Origin: Lama glama
Taxonomy: Eukaryota
Direction of reading: 5' to 3'
Assembly (NCBI GenBank): GCA_028534125.1
Contig: CM052816.1
Span: 12,216,001 to 12,280,000, forward strand
DNA length: 64,000 nt
Part shown: piece by piece, positions 25,055 to 38,257 of the stretch
How positions within the stretch are numbered: the stretch's first letter is position 1
Layout: the number at the start of each line of letters is the position of its first letter
Notes under the pieces: generated by a model
Database searches by the model: none
What the model saw: only the letters and a program-made list of their open reading frames with translations
Told to the model about the DNA's origin: nothing
Program-made: the position numbers and the translations under genes

Positions 25055-26979
25055 GTACAATGTTTTTAAAAAAACAGATTGATTTGAATGCTTTTAAATT
25101 AAGGATAGGCCAGTTCACTATGTTTTCAACTCAAACTAGTTTCCCACCCTCACAGCCTCACATACAAATTTATCAGTCTATTCTTTGTAGACATTTGATT
25201 TTATGATCTCTAGTCTAAATCAGACCGCACTGTCTTCTGGAAATTATCTGAGAGTCCTGTTCCACATAAGTTGAGAAATGGCTATTTTTAGTGTCAAAGT
25301 TGAAGTCACTACATAACATTGTTCCTTTATTTCACCTTGGCTGTTTTAGACTTACACTATATTCCAACTTGTGGCAAACCTAATCTTCCACAATAAAGAA
25401 AAAAAAATCAAGGTTCATGTACAAGCAGTCGACTGGGCCACCGACACTTTAAAAACATACCCATGATTTTATGTGTGCCTTAGACATATTTTATCTTTTT
25501 TCACATTTACCCTCTTCAGAATTTAATCAGTCAAAAAATGAGGGAATTTATTCCTAAATTAAGATTTCAAGAGGGAGAAAGATATTTGTATAGAGTCTGG
25601 GCCATTTCTAGTAATTTTAGGGTATTCACTGGAGATGGGGTCTGAAAAAAATTCTATTTAAGGAGTTATTTTCCCATGATTATTTATAATTCTTAATGGC
25701 AGGCTTAATTTCACCAGAGAAATATTAATTAGCATTAATTCACCAAACAGACATTTGTTGTGTACTTACTACTTACTCCGTACTATTGTGGGTGACTGAA
25801 AAAGAACCAATGAACAGTGCAAACTCCCCAGTCTCACAGTGTTGACTTTATAGGCTCAAAAGTTAGACATTCTTTTTTCATAAAGCACCACATACCTCAA
25901 GCTATAGTTTCAGTGTTGACTCCCCTAGTATCATGAGCACCTGATATGTGATGGTAAATATCTGTAGCGGAGAAACATTTTAGCCTTCCTGGCATTAGTT
26001 AGTCTATACTAAATCCCTGTGTTATTCCCACTTAAAAAAATACACAAAGAGGAAAGGGCATAAGGAAGAATATGAGGAAGGAATTTGCCTAGTAAAAATC
26101 TCAGGCACCAGAGAAATTTTGCATAATCGCTTTTAATAAGAGCCTATGTTAATTTTAGAGCGGCTGATTTCCAGCATAATAAGATCTGTCAAATTCAAGT
26201 CATCTCATTGTCCACACAATGTGAAGAGACATTCAAATTATCTGGAATATAGCGGATAGGTATTGCTATTATGGGGAAAAGAGAAAAGGTGACAGGGATG
26301 TCCCACTTCTTGGTACGGTCTGGTCACATTTCATTTTAATGTGATTAGGGGCCATTTGGCACTTTAATCAGGGTGAAATCACACACGCCTGGAACACTTA
26401 GCCTGGGACAGGAGAATGAACATTGACATTTGCTTTCTCCCCATGTTCAGTGGATCACTGTCACTCCAAGCTGGTGGGTACCAATAGGTGTGTGGAGAAG
26501 AATTACGGCTAAAACATTTCAGTGAGCTCTCCTTGGTCAGGGACTGGATGACAGATACAGTAAGTCTTTTTATAAATGTACCTCTTAACAATTAAGCCAA
26601 ACCCACTTTATTTCACACTCTTGTTAGCTATTGGCTGCCTCCCTATAATGAAGCAAGTCCTCTTAACTGAAATCTAGGTGACGTATGCTATTTAAGATCC
26701 TAATTCATTTTTCATCATATTGAGGTCAATTTTGGATAAAATTAATTGATGGTACAGGTCCCAGGCTGGTATTGTTTTCTATGTAATGTCACAGTTAATC
26801 ATTATTACTGCACCTGAGATAAATATTTTTATTCCAATTTAACAGATGAGAAAACTGAGATTCAAACATGTTGAATTACTTGTTTGAAATTATATAGCTT
26901 ATAATTGGTATGGAAGCTGTTTCCTCTCGTGTCCTACATCACTGGGAAAGCTGTAGCAGCAGTAAGAGAATTTCCATAA

Positions 26980-27880
26980 AAGCCCTTCACCACAGCTCCC
27001 CATCTCCCAGTATCTGAATCCACGTAACTCTGCCATTCTCCCTATAACCAGACAAAAAATCCATAGTCCTCTCCAAAGATAATCCTTCTACTTGCACACT
27101 AAATCCTACATCCTCTCATCTACTTAAGAACAACTCTCCAGAAATTGACCATCTTTACACCATCAATTTTTTCCTTACTATTGCAGCATTCTCATCAATA
27201 TGCAAACATGCTATTATTTCTCCCATCTTAACAACCCTTCTTTTTGCCCTGTTTCTCTTGCCAGCTTCCAGCCTATTTCTTTGCTGTCTTCTGATGCAAA
27301 ATTCTTCTTAAAAACATGTCTCTACTCATTGTCTGATTACTCTCTTCCCATTCCCTTTTAAAACTATTCCAACCAGACTTTATTGAAAACTGCTCATATC
27401 AAGGTCACAGATGATCTCCATGTTGTTAAATTTTATAATCCATCCCCAGTCCTCATCTTACATGACTTGGTAGCAGGATTTTTTTCAGTTAGTTATTCCA
27501 TGTCCTTAATACATTTTCTTCCTTTGGATTCCAGAACACCACAGTTCCTTGGTTTCCCTCTTATTCTACTGATCTCTCTCTCATAGATTCATTTGATAGT
27601 TCCCTCTCTTCATAATAATGAAGTGTCCCCGAGTTTGGCCAATGATCCTTTTCACTTCTTTATGTTCACTCCCTTGGTGGACTCACATGATCTTATGACT
27701 ACATATCATCCCTCTTCTGATGAATCTCAGATTTCTTGGCCGTACCTCTCTCATCCTAGAGTGGCAAATCCAGCTACCTACTCGCCATCTGCGCCTGGAT
27801 GCATAATAAACATTACAATTCAACGTGATCAAAGCCACACCCCTGGCCACCATCAGTCATGATCTTTCTTTGGTTCACTG
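26980..27880 (+). mobile_element. L2 LINE fragment with reverse-transcriptase remnant
   Basis: ORF 27383-27586 KTAHIKVTDDLHVVK...PVLILHDLVAGF matches L2 RT ETALVKVTNDLHVAK...SVLILLDLSAAF. Confidence 0.85.
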
Positions 27881-28119
27881 ATTGTCACAAACACTTAGGA
27901 TAGAGCACCTTGCAGGCATTCAATAAATATGGGTTCTCTGAGTCAATTAGCCAATGTCTACCTCCTACCATAGTTATTGGTACAAAATTTGTATTTCAGT
28001 AAATTACGTTTATGTAAATGAAAGTGAATTAAAGAATGAAGGAATGGCAGGGCATGATTTGAATCCTAGCTTCTCCCTCAGACCCAATTTTAATCTACTC
28101 AAGGAGAAAAATACTTAAA

Positions 28120-28356
28120 TAAAAATTATTCAGGTATCTCTGACCACTACATCTAAATTAGCCAACCTTCTCCCATTTCTAATGCCCAGTCCCCCTCCAC
28201 TGCAACTGTGGAATTTCCTCACAGCAGTTAGTACTCTCTGCGATCACCTTGTTCACTTTGTTATTTGCATGATTATTTGTCTGTCTGCTCACCGCTGCCT
28301 AGACCAGAGCGCCTGCCCCATAACCCATACTCAGTATTTGTCAAATGAATGAATCA
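28120..28356 (+). mobile_element. L2 3' end
   Basis: ctctgaccactacatctaaattagc...ctgcctagaccagagcgcctg...actcagtatttgtcaaatgaatgaat. Confidence 0.7.
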
Positions 28357-29329
28357 ATGTGCTAAATAAAAAGCAATTTCTTCAAGAGTTAACTTTGATC
28401 ATTTGGATTACAAATCATATGGGGAATAAAGAGAAGAAAAGAGAAACAAGATCTGGGGTTGATATGTTAGAGTTTTCAGAGAAAAATTACAGAAGAAAAC
28501 AGATGAAACTGTCTGCAGTCGTACAGAGAACAGTTTGTAACAGCATGTACAACGCCTAGGTATTATTCTGTCCCACCCTTTCCAACCCTTCACCATTTAG
28601 TTTTCACACAGATCTACTAAGGGATTTGGATTCCATTCTTGAGACCAAAATTACCAAAATTATTCCTAATCATGGTTCAGGAACTCATGTATGTAGTAAC
28701 TGTATGGATATAATGTTTATAGTACCAAAACATCCAAAGAATGACCCCATCAGCTCAAGAAGCCAATCACACTCAGAGCGTGGAGTCTTCATCTTTCTGT
28801 CCCCTTCATGCATTTCTTTTCAGACCTTTAACCAGATTTGGTTTGGACAGGCCATCTCCCACTTTCTTCTGAACACCTGGCTTTGTGTGAGTGATGAGAG
28901 GAGCATGTGGTTTTTGTTGTTGTTTCACTTCATTCTTGCTTTGATAAGCTAGCTCATAACTTGTTTAGGTATTTAAAAAAAATTTTTTCCCTTTTCACTT
29001 TTGCTTCTCTAAATTTTCTTTTGAGAGCCACATTCTTTCTGTCATCTGGCTCAGTATCAACTGATAGTCCTTGACTAGGAACTGACTCTGGCGCATCCTG
29101 CAGGAGTAACAGCCTGCTCATTAGTAGCACTGGCATCAAGCAAAAGGAATATTCTCTCAAAATGTATGGCAAGAAGTACCCAATACATACTGACACATTC
29201 TTAGAGCCAAGCTACAGGACAGTTTGGAGAACACTGGCATGCAGTTGAAAGTAATTTCTACAGTGCAAAAGAGGCCCATTCTACCGATAGGTGTTATAGG
29301 TTATGCCACCTACCCGGTCAAAGTAGTTA

Positions 29330-29510
29330 ACACTGCAGTGGTTAAGAGGAAGCCCTCAGTCAGAACCCAGCCATTTTTGCTACCAGCTGTGTGGCCCTGG
29401 GAAAGTTATTAGCCTTCTCTGAAGCTCAGTTTCTCTTTAGGTTCCTAGTTGTTCAGTAAAAAAAAGTCATACCTACTTCATAGGGCTGTTGGGCAGATTT
29501 AAAAAGCAAA
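29330..29510 (+). mobile_element. MIR SINE
   Basis: gcagtggttaagagg...ccagctgtgtggccctgggaaagttattagccttctctgaagctcagtttc. Confidence 0.75.
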
Positions 29511-29753
29511 AATAGTTGGCACTTCATAGAATCTACTATAATACACATTGATATATGAATATATTTGTGTGTATATACATATGGTATACGTACAGTTCTA
29601 TGTAAATTTGGTTTATTGTGCTCTTAGCATTCATTCTGTCTTTTCTTTCTATATAAGTCATTTTTTTTGCTTTGTTTTTTTACTTGAGAAAGAAAATGAT
29701 CTTGGGTGCTCTCTAGCAATTTTACCCTTCAGTAGTGAAGCAATAATCTAGGC

Positions 29754-30203
29754 TAATCCAATGGCCATGGTTATCAATTCAGGGCTGGACTGTTCCAATA
29801 GGGATAAATCTCATAGCTTTTTCTAGGAGTGTTGGCAATACATTCCCAGTATACCCAAGGAACAGGCATAACGCCCTACGAGATAATGGAGACTGGACAA
29901 CGTTTGATGAAGATTTTATGTCCTGACTAAGAGGATCCAAATTGTAAAGTCCACAACACTGGATGGCCAACTAAATGAAACTTTGTATCAGAATCTGGGC
30001 TACCTTAGCATATAGCATGCCTTGTGTAGAAAGGAGTGTGATTTTGTACATTTGCGTAATGATAAACATATACCCAATCGGATGAGTGATCTTTCCCTGG
30101 GATTAGATTGTTATTTGGAAAACCCCAGAAGAGGGTAAATGGTTACCGGATACAGCCTCATATTCCAGGACCTTGGAAGGTGTGTGTGATGGTTGTTCTG
30201 TAA
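29754..30203 (+). pseudogene. Degraded LTR-retrotransposon (Gypsy-type) integrase C-terminal remnant
   Basis: Ordered motifs across stops and frameshifts: *SNG/MV (29754-29772), VLAIHSQYTQGTGITPYEIM (29829-29888), DLSLGLDCYLENPRR (30088-30132), IQPHIPGPWKV (30150-30182). Confidence 0.5.
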
Positions 30204-30409
30204 GTCAGAGAAGAAAACCACCAAAAGAACCATATCGTGGTCCTCTGCTGTCTTCCACACTCGACTCTTCCTATAATAAAGCCATGCACTGGTTCCTCAG
30301 CCCACCTACTCTGGCGATCTGAAAAGTGTTCTTAACAGGCCTCCATAACCCAGGGTAGGGTAGCTGACCAGAATATGTATAGACAGCTTAAGATCGCTTT
30401 GCAATATAT

Positions 30410-31490
30410 TTAAAATATGTTAAATATTCTTACTTGCCTACAACTTTCTTTCCTCTTTAGAAGTTCCTTTATTTCAGTTAATTCCGTATCCCATCCACTC
30501 ATATGTTCATCTTTTCAGCAAACCCTATTGGCTCCACCTTACACACAGATTGAGAATTTGACTCCTTTTCATCACCCTCAGTGCACTGCCGTCTTCTGTT
30601 CCCTGCAAGGCTTCTAAGTACCACATCCTCTTTAGCAGTCACCAGCTACATGTGGTTACTGAGCACCCGAAATGAAGCTACTCTGAAGTGAGATATTCTC
30701 CAAGTATAAAATACACACTGGACTTCAAAGACTTACTGTGAAAATAATGTCAAGTATCTCATCAGGTTAAATAAAATATGCTATTAATATTAATTTCACC
30801 TAGTTCTTCTGGCTTCTTATTTGGGCGCCAGAAAATTTAGTGGCTCGATTTCGCGGCTTGTAGTACATTTCTACTGGGCAGTACTGTTCCAGCCTCCACC
30901 CTTACTTCCTTTTATTCTATTTTCAAACAAGAAACCTACTGAAATGCTATTTGGACTGTGACACTCCCGTGCTCTGAGATGGACTGCAGTGTTACTGAGG
31001 ATAAAAGACAGTCTGTACCAGCACTGTAGGGCTCTAGGTAATCAGAACCAGTTTCCTCTCCGACCTCCTCTCCTTCCGCTTCCCAGCATTCCAGCATCAC
31101 TGGTCTTTTAGCTCGTCGCTGAACTTAATTTCTATTGACTCTGTTCTTTCCCCAGAGAATTACATGGCTTGCTTTCTTCTTTGGTTTCCCTCCATCTTTT
31201 CAAAGCCTCCTTCACTCTATTCCAAAGTTGGTATCATTCACTTCTGCCTCAGTTTTTCTTAGGACTAGCTTATTTATATAAACATATTTTCTTAAGACCA
31301 GCTTATATGAGACTAGCTTATATATATGTATGTATGTATATATATAATCTGACTCATTGTTTGCCTCTGCCCTAATAATATAAGCTCTCTTAAGGCTGGA
31401 AAATGCATCTCATTAGTTTATAAGTGTACTTTCACAATCCAGAACAATGCCTGCTACATAGTGAATATTCAATAAATACTTGTTGAGTAA
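30410..31490 (+). mobile_element. L2 fragment split by MER33
   Basis: cagcaaaccctattggctccaccttacacac; 3' end ccagaacaatgcctgctacatagtgaatattcaataaatacttgttgagt. Confidence 0.7.
30633..30886. mobile_element. hAT-Charlie MITE, MER33-like
   Basis: agtcaccagctacatgtggttactgagcacccgaaatg...aagtataaaatacacactggacttcaaagactta...catttctactgggcagtactg. Confidence 0.85.
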
Positions 31491-31569
31491 GGATTGTTCC
31501 AACTTCTTACTAGCGCCTCTGTGAACTTAGTTATGCTTACCTCACTAATGTGAATTGTCACCTAATGTT

Positions 31570-31960
31570 TTCTTTTGGAATACTCCATTGCACTAGCTAC
31601 ATATTCTTTAAATTGGTCAAGTTCATCTTTGCCTCAAGCCTTGATTTGCTTTTTCTACTCCCTGGAACAGTCTTATCCCTAGGTCTGTCTCTGTAATTTT
31701 TATGTTTCTGGAAAGGACTCCCTGAACATGTTATCACAAGAGAATATCTGACCTCTTACCTGGCTTTCTAACACCTTGTCGCTGCGTGAAACTACTTCAT
31801 ATTTAACATCTTTGCCTGGCTCTCTATTTATTTACCATCTGTCTTTTCACTTGAATGTGAGCTCACGCTGGAAGAAGTTTCTCCTGTTCACCAATATAAT
31901 TTCAATACCTAAATCGGTACCTCACACATAGTATTGCCCATTAAGTATTAGTTGAACAAA
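31570..31960 (+). mobile_element. L2 3' end
   Basis: cacttgaatgtgagctcacg...cctcacacatagtattgcccattaagtattagttgaac. Confidence 0.65.
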
Positions 31961-34054
31961 TACAAAAAAATTGAGTCTAGGAAACATTAGGTGCTGATAA
32001 TTCAAAGTAAACAACACACATGAGATTAGTTTTGTGGTGAAGATTGAAAAGTAATTAAATTAGGGTATGATAAGTTCAAAGAGAGATGTAAGCACAAGGA
32101 AGTTTTGTTTTTGGAATGGTAACGTGAAAGTAATGCTGCAAAATTGGGAGACAATGTGACCCTATGACTCTTCTCCATATTATCACACTCTCCATCCTGC
32201 CATGGCTCCTTAAAGATCCTTCTCACACCCTGCACTGCACACTCGTAGTCTTTAGGATGTGACAGGGAGAAAAACTGATGCTATTACCATGCCTTTAAAC
32301 AATCTCCAACACATCCATCCAGTGAATGAGCCAGGGAATTAAAAGCTGTGATTAAGGCACCGGCAACCTAAGGCTCCAGGATTGCTCTTGATGGGACACT
32401 GGCTTCAGGGTTTGCAGAAGGGAAACACTTCATGGTATCACCATCAGGTGACAGCCACAGTGCCAAGACAAAATGATCAAAGGACACAGAAAGCTTCCTT
32501 ATCTCCAGCACAGACCCATTCCCACCAAACAGTCACCCTCTCTTTGATCAACCTGGTCTGATGCAGCATCTCAGCATCCAGGCATGGAATCAAAGAAACA
32601 ATAAAGTGACCAGACAAGTAGAGTGTGATGACTGAGGACAGCAGAGTCAGGTGGAACAGTCTGGTGACAACGGCCATGCTGCTTATTCTCTGTTGGGACT
32701 CATTCTCAGCATCTATAACATGGTCAGCGGTGCCGCTCTCATAGGACTGTATAAATGTAGCGTAAGTAAAGCACTTGCCATAGTCAGAGGTACATCACAG
32801 GCACTGAATGAGGAGTAACTACGTTATTTCCAGGCTCCTTTGCATGGGTCACATTGTCAAACCTCTCCTGAGGCCTCTGGACATCAGGGCCCTCTGTTTA
32901 ACTCTTAGAGCCCTGGTGCCATATTCCACCTGTCTCAGTGAGTGTGGATGAGTTTAGCAGACTCAGTCTAGTCATTAACTTTTTATTATCCTTCAGGGAT
33001 GAAAGGCATTTCCTCTGAAACACATGGGCACAGACCTAAATGAGACATTAAAGGTCCCTTAGTCCAATTCCTTCATTTTACAGATGAAGAATGAATCTCT
33101 TGGGTGGAAAAGAGCTTTTCTATGGAAGCACGTATTTTTCCAAGGATCTTGGCAGACCTTTTTCCAATCCAGGGAAGAGAAGAAGATGACCCAGGAGACA
33201 AAGGCTTTATGATTAAAACTACTCGTAGTTTAAAGTCAGGATTTTTGGCATTTCTAAATATGCCTATAGTTAAGCAGTAAAACATTTCCATTTGTAAAAG
33301 AGCCATCAAGTAAGCCAGCTCAACTTACCCAAAGTAATATTACAGGAAGCATCTATAAACAGACAGTGTAACTGGCAGATGCAAAATGCCACCTGAGCAC
33401 ACAGAATGCTGGATCCATCTTGAGATCCACTGAGGAAAAAACACACACACTGCCAACTTCTTATTTAGAACATGGGACTGAGATGGGAAGAAGATGTGTT
33501 GTGGAGAAGTATCATAAATTACAAGCCTTCATAGAAATGTGCGCATCTAGCCTCTAAATGAGTGTGGCATTTTTCCTTGCACTCAATTCCACACTCAAAC
33601 AGGCATTCCTGATTGACTAATAGTGTAGCTCACTAGTCTCCTAAAATGCTTGGCCAGTGGTAGTAGTTTCAGTATGTTTGATGACTTACAAGTATTTTTC
33701 TGCAGTAAATGCTCAACGAACTACAAAAATAGTTTCGTGATTGAGTTATTTGGAACAACAGGGGGCACTCACTTTGCCTCCATTTGTCTTTGAAAGGCCA
33801 AACTGAAAATTCAGCATGTTGTCTATTCCACGTGTACCACCCAAAGACCCGTAAACTAACAGTGGAAATCAGTCTTTTCCCCAACAGCCCACAATTAGGC
33901 AGCCATAATCATGCAGTTATAAGGTTATTTTAGAACAAAAGGAGAGTTTTATGGACACCAAGTCCTCTCTGTACAGATGCGTCAGCCTCCAACCTTATGT
34001 CTTTCAAACCTCCAACTTTAAGGAAAAACAACCACATACTGCTTTCTACTAGTA

Positions 34055-34460
34055 CGAGAGCAGCTGAATGACTAACCCAAAGATGCCCCCTCTGATCAGC
34101 TCTAAGAAAGGACCTGCTGCCCAGCTTTGGGGACTCTGGTCAGCGAACAGCTTCCAGTTGTTAGTTCCTCTGGGTCTGTCTTAGCTTTTCAGTCACATGT
34201 GACCCAAGCTGGTGACTGGGCAAAGCCCTGGTACAAAGGGCAAGCTATTTCTGTGCAACACAGGGATCTTCTAATGGGGAATCTTTCTCTGAAACATCCC
34301 CTGGCACTGCTGGAACTCTGTCAGGTCTCCATGTGGTCTGACACGTACCCCTCCTCAACCCTATCTTCTCCCCTTTCCTTTCACAGGTTTTCCTTTCCAA
34401 CACATTTCTGCACTCCTAGCTCAGTCCCAGAGTTTGTCTCCCAGGAGTCTCAAAGTCATA
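34055..34460 (+). mobile_element. ERVL LTR (LTR16C-like)
   Basis: aaggacctgctgcccagct...cttccagttgttagttcctctgggtctgtcttagct...cccctttcctttcacagg; explains ORF 34127-34534. Confidence 0.75.
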
Positions 34461-36660
34461 TCTGGAAACAGCTTGCACCGGGGAGGACAGAAACCTGGAA
34501 CACAAAGGACAGTTATCTTAGCCAAAGCTCTTAAAATGTTTATTTAAAGGGAAAATCTACCATCAATAAAAACATTAGAAAATAACTTTAAATATTGGTT
34601 AAGTCCTGCCAGAAGTTTATAGGATTTATGGAACAGTAAAAATAAATAGGAAATGCACAGAATGACACAGACTGTAATAAATGAAGGGTCTCCTAATGTC
34701 CTTTTAGGAAGAACAGTGTCTAGCTGCTCCTATCTGGCCATAGCTAAAGTCCGCAGTAAGGACTCCCACTGCTCACAGCTACATTGAACTTGTATGCCAA
34801 GTCCCCTCTGTATAGGTATGCCAGTCTCCAATAATAGCAATAAATAAGGGAGATGGATGAAAAGCTTCATGCATCATAGAAAGATGGTTTTCTAAGCATT
34901 ATGTAAATTGATGTGTATATGAAATATGCTAATGCACACAATGTCATGTTGATATAATAACAGATGGTGTTTTCATTTTGGGGAGAGATGCAATGCAATG
35001 CTGTTCTAGCCTTGGTGGAATCCTCTGGGAACCGGCTGCGTTGTCAGGGGTCTTGATACTAAAATAAAAATGTATATAATTTGGAATGTAATGGACCATG
35101 AGAAATCTTTTAAAATATTATGACCTAGGTGTATTCCAAATGTGGCTGTTTGCTACCGCTGGCTTAGTCCTGAGATGAAGAAATCCATGGGCACTTTAGC
35201 CATCATGAGTTCCTGAGAATTTTTAACTCTGTGATAGAAGATCTCAGTTAAATACGTTGTTCTTCTTTTTAGAAATGTAATGAAAACTGAAAAATGTTGA
35301 AGGTCCCAGTGTCCTCAGACTAAAATTATTTTTTCCTGTATGGAGCTACATTAATTCACTACTGTTTTTGATGAAACCAAAGTAGACTGAGCTTTCCATC
35401 CAAATGCATCACCTTCAGACTTCAGTACAGAAATCAGCCATTATAGTCGCTTTAAAATTGATTTGGTAAGTGCTCACTGTGTTCTAGGTAGTCTGATAAG
35501 TGTTTCATATAAAGTACCTCAATTAATTCTCACACCACTGCTATCAAATCATTTTTACTGCTCCCAGTTGAGGAGGAGCAAACTTGCACAAAGGTGTATG
35601 GTTAGCAAGTAGTCCAGTAAGGATTTGAATCTAACAATGTTAAATTTCATAGCTCTGAGGTTTAGAAAGTTTAATAATGCAACTGCCAACAGTGATGCAT
35701 GCAATGAGAATTTAACGAAAAAGCAGCATGTGCTGTGAGCTGAGAAAAAAATAATTAATGTGCTCTTATAGGCGGAAACCCTGCCTAAACTCGTTTTTTA
35801 GACTCCCCAACATCAAACATAATGCTTGGAACTCAGTGGATTCCCAAAGATTTGTTCAAATCCAGTCTGGAATTGGAGTTAGGGTACCAACATACACTTA
35901 GAGAAAATAAAAGAAAAGTGTTGTGCATATGATGCTCATATTATTCTAGTATTTCTAATATAATTCGAAATGACTTCCTGACTATAACAGAAGAGGGAAA
36001 AGAATGAGCAGCATGAACATGTGAATTTGGCCTGAACTCACATTTTGGCTCTGTTCTTTATTAGCTGAGCAGGTTACTTAGTCTCTGGGAACCCCAGCTT
36101 CAAAAATCAACAGGTTTTTATAATACCATTATAAGTCACTGTAAAGAGTGAATAAGATATAATGCTTAAAAAGTGTTTGAGACACTGTCTAGAATTGGCT
36201 CTTAATAGTTGTGATGATTTCCTCCCTAGTCTTGGCCATGAATACTTCGTATCAATGCATCAGTAACTTGCACATTAAACTCACTGTTTGAACTGTAGTT
36301 CAATTTTGATTGTTGAATCCACTGACACAAATGGGGTGTGGTGATGTGATCAATAACTTAGCAATCAAAAGTTGCACTTGAACTTTCTGAATCAGAGGGC
36401 CTTTTATCTTATTCCTCCTCCACGAGCAAAATGAGGGCAGTAAGACAACTATATGGGTAAATATGGAGGCTGTTCTCTTTCTCATATTGATAAAATATTT
36501 TATATGATCTTTCTTCATTTTGTGTTTATAAAAATTCTGTGAAGCAGGTGACAGTATCCCTGTTTTAACCAATGAGAATACTATAAAGAAGAAATAAGGT
36601 CCATTGCTTAAAGTCCCAAAACTAGCCAGAGTAGAGCTGATTATCTGGAGATATATATAT

Positions 36661-36691
<31 letters not shown>

Positions 36692-36719
36692 TTCTTATGT
36701 TAACTATGTATTTATTTTC

Positions 36720-36990
36720 CATGCTTACTTTTTATTGGCATTTAACTCTTAATTACTAATTTTATTAACAGCATTAAATTTTTATCCAAAATACTGCTGC
36801 ATTTATTTTTTTCCAGCTTGTCATATCTTTTAACTTTGCTACTATTTTTCTGTATGTACAACATTTAAACTTTCATGAGATGAGATTGATCTTTTTCTTT
36901 ATAGTTTCTGGCTGTGGTGAAATGCTTAAAAAGTCCTCCTTTATCTCAAGAGTACATAAATAATAATCTAACTTTTTCTCTAATTCATCT
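36720..36990 (-). mobile_element. Old L1 (L1ME-type) fragment
   Basis: ttttctttatagtttctggctg...atgcttaaaaagtcctcctttatctcaagag. Confidence 0.6.
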
Positions 36991-37139
36991 GGAAAAATCC
37001 AAACTACGATCCCATCAGCACTAGAATGACTGCTATGTCTGGGTGAGTGGGGTATGGGTAGTTTTTCACTTTCTTCTTTAGATCTTTGTGGCTTCACCAT
37101 ATGAGGACTCTTCCTACCTCTTTAAATCCATCTTAACTG

Positions 37140-37610
37140 CCTATGTTAGGAAAGGGGATTTATTAGCTCTAGATCTGGCTAGTTCAGGAGCAGTTCCTCT
37201 CCAGGAGAAAATGATTCAGGGCTCACTGTGACCAGAACCAGGTCTGTGTTTTTGGCTTTTTCTCCCCTCTGATTTTGCATTTAGTCACTGCCTCTCCTGT
37301 CTCATTCATATATACAGTCTCATTTTATGGTGACAGTGAGTAGTATGCTGTTGCAGTTCCTTCTAAAGAAGTAAACCTTCATTTTCCTGGAGCCCTCAGT
37401 TTCTTATTAGCTCTTGGGTACAACTTAAGTCATGTGTCCATCCCTGATCTGGTCATAATGGCCTGAGACACTTAAGCCACTCAAGACCCAATGCCATAGC
37501 TTAGCGTGGGGTCAGTATCACACAAATTATATTCCTAAAATTGGGGTAAATTTCTTAAGAGAGAAACAAATACTGTTTGGTGGGAGAAATTAATAGATGC
37601 CGGTGTTGCA
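37140..37610 (-). mobile_element. MaLR LTR (MLT1I/J-like)
   Basis: aagtcatgtgtccatccctgatctggtcataatggcc...ggggtcagtatcacacaaa. Confidence 0.55.
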
Positions 37611-38257
37611 ACAAATATTCTCAGTAACTCTCTTTTTTTGGATTGTGGGGGGAGTGGTAGGAAAAGGGTATATGCTAGAAGAAAACAAGATAAAACACTT
37701 AATGAAGTTTTGTTTTGTTTTTTTCTCTCACCGCATCCGTGTCTTCCCAGAACCCAGAGAGTAGTTATGTCTGGAAGTGCAAATTCTAAGTTATCGTAAC
37801 CAACACCCCTGGCTTTACTGTAGACTGAACCTTTTAACTATGTGGTCCTCATTCACCAGCTTAATTAGTCCTAAAGGAAGCACTTGCTTCAAATTAGGAG
37901 CAACAGCATTTCTTAGAAGGACATAGCAGCATTAACAATGGCAACGTATTTAAGTAAGAGGGCTTTTAAAGCTGATTTTTGAATGAGACTGACTAAACCA
38001 GAACTATGTTTGTTCACTTGGCTTTCCAGATCTCCCAGCCATCCAGCTCTCCATCACTTCCAACCACCCTCATCATCCAGGAGGAAATTACTGCTGCAGT
38101 AATTGGTTGGCTGCTATTAGAACAGCAAAGCTGTGACAACACTGCCATCAGACCTGGGCTCCTAATGAGTGACTGAGTTTTATGCTTCGTTATGGTTTAC
38201 ACAAGCCCTCAAACTAGTTTCTATAATTTGTATTTCCATGCAAGTATTCACATGTTT

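Noticed and set aside
27383..27862. ORFs with RT-like residues as a novel RT gene
   Set aside because: Ordinary degraded L2 ORF2 with frameshifts
34127..34534. 135-aa ORF
   Set aside because: Lies in an LTR16C-like element and starts at TTG
36300..36722. Longest ORF (140 aa)
   Set aside because: Runs through a (CA)/(TA) microsatellite and a MIR fragment; no protein features
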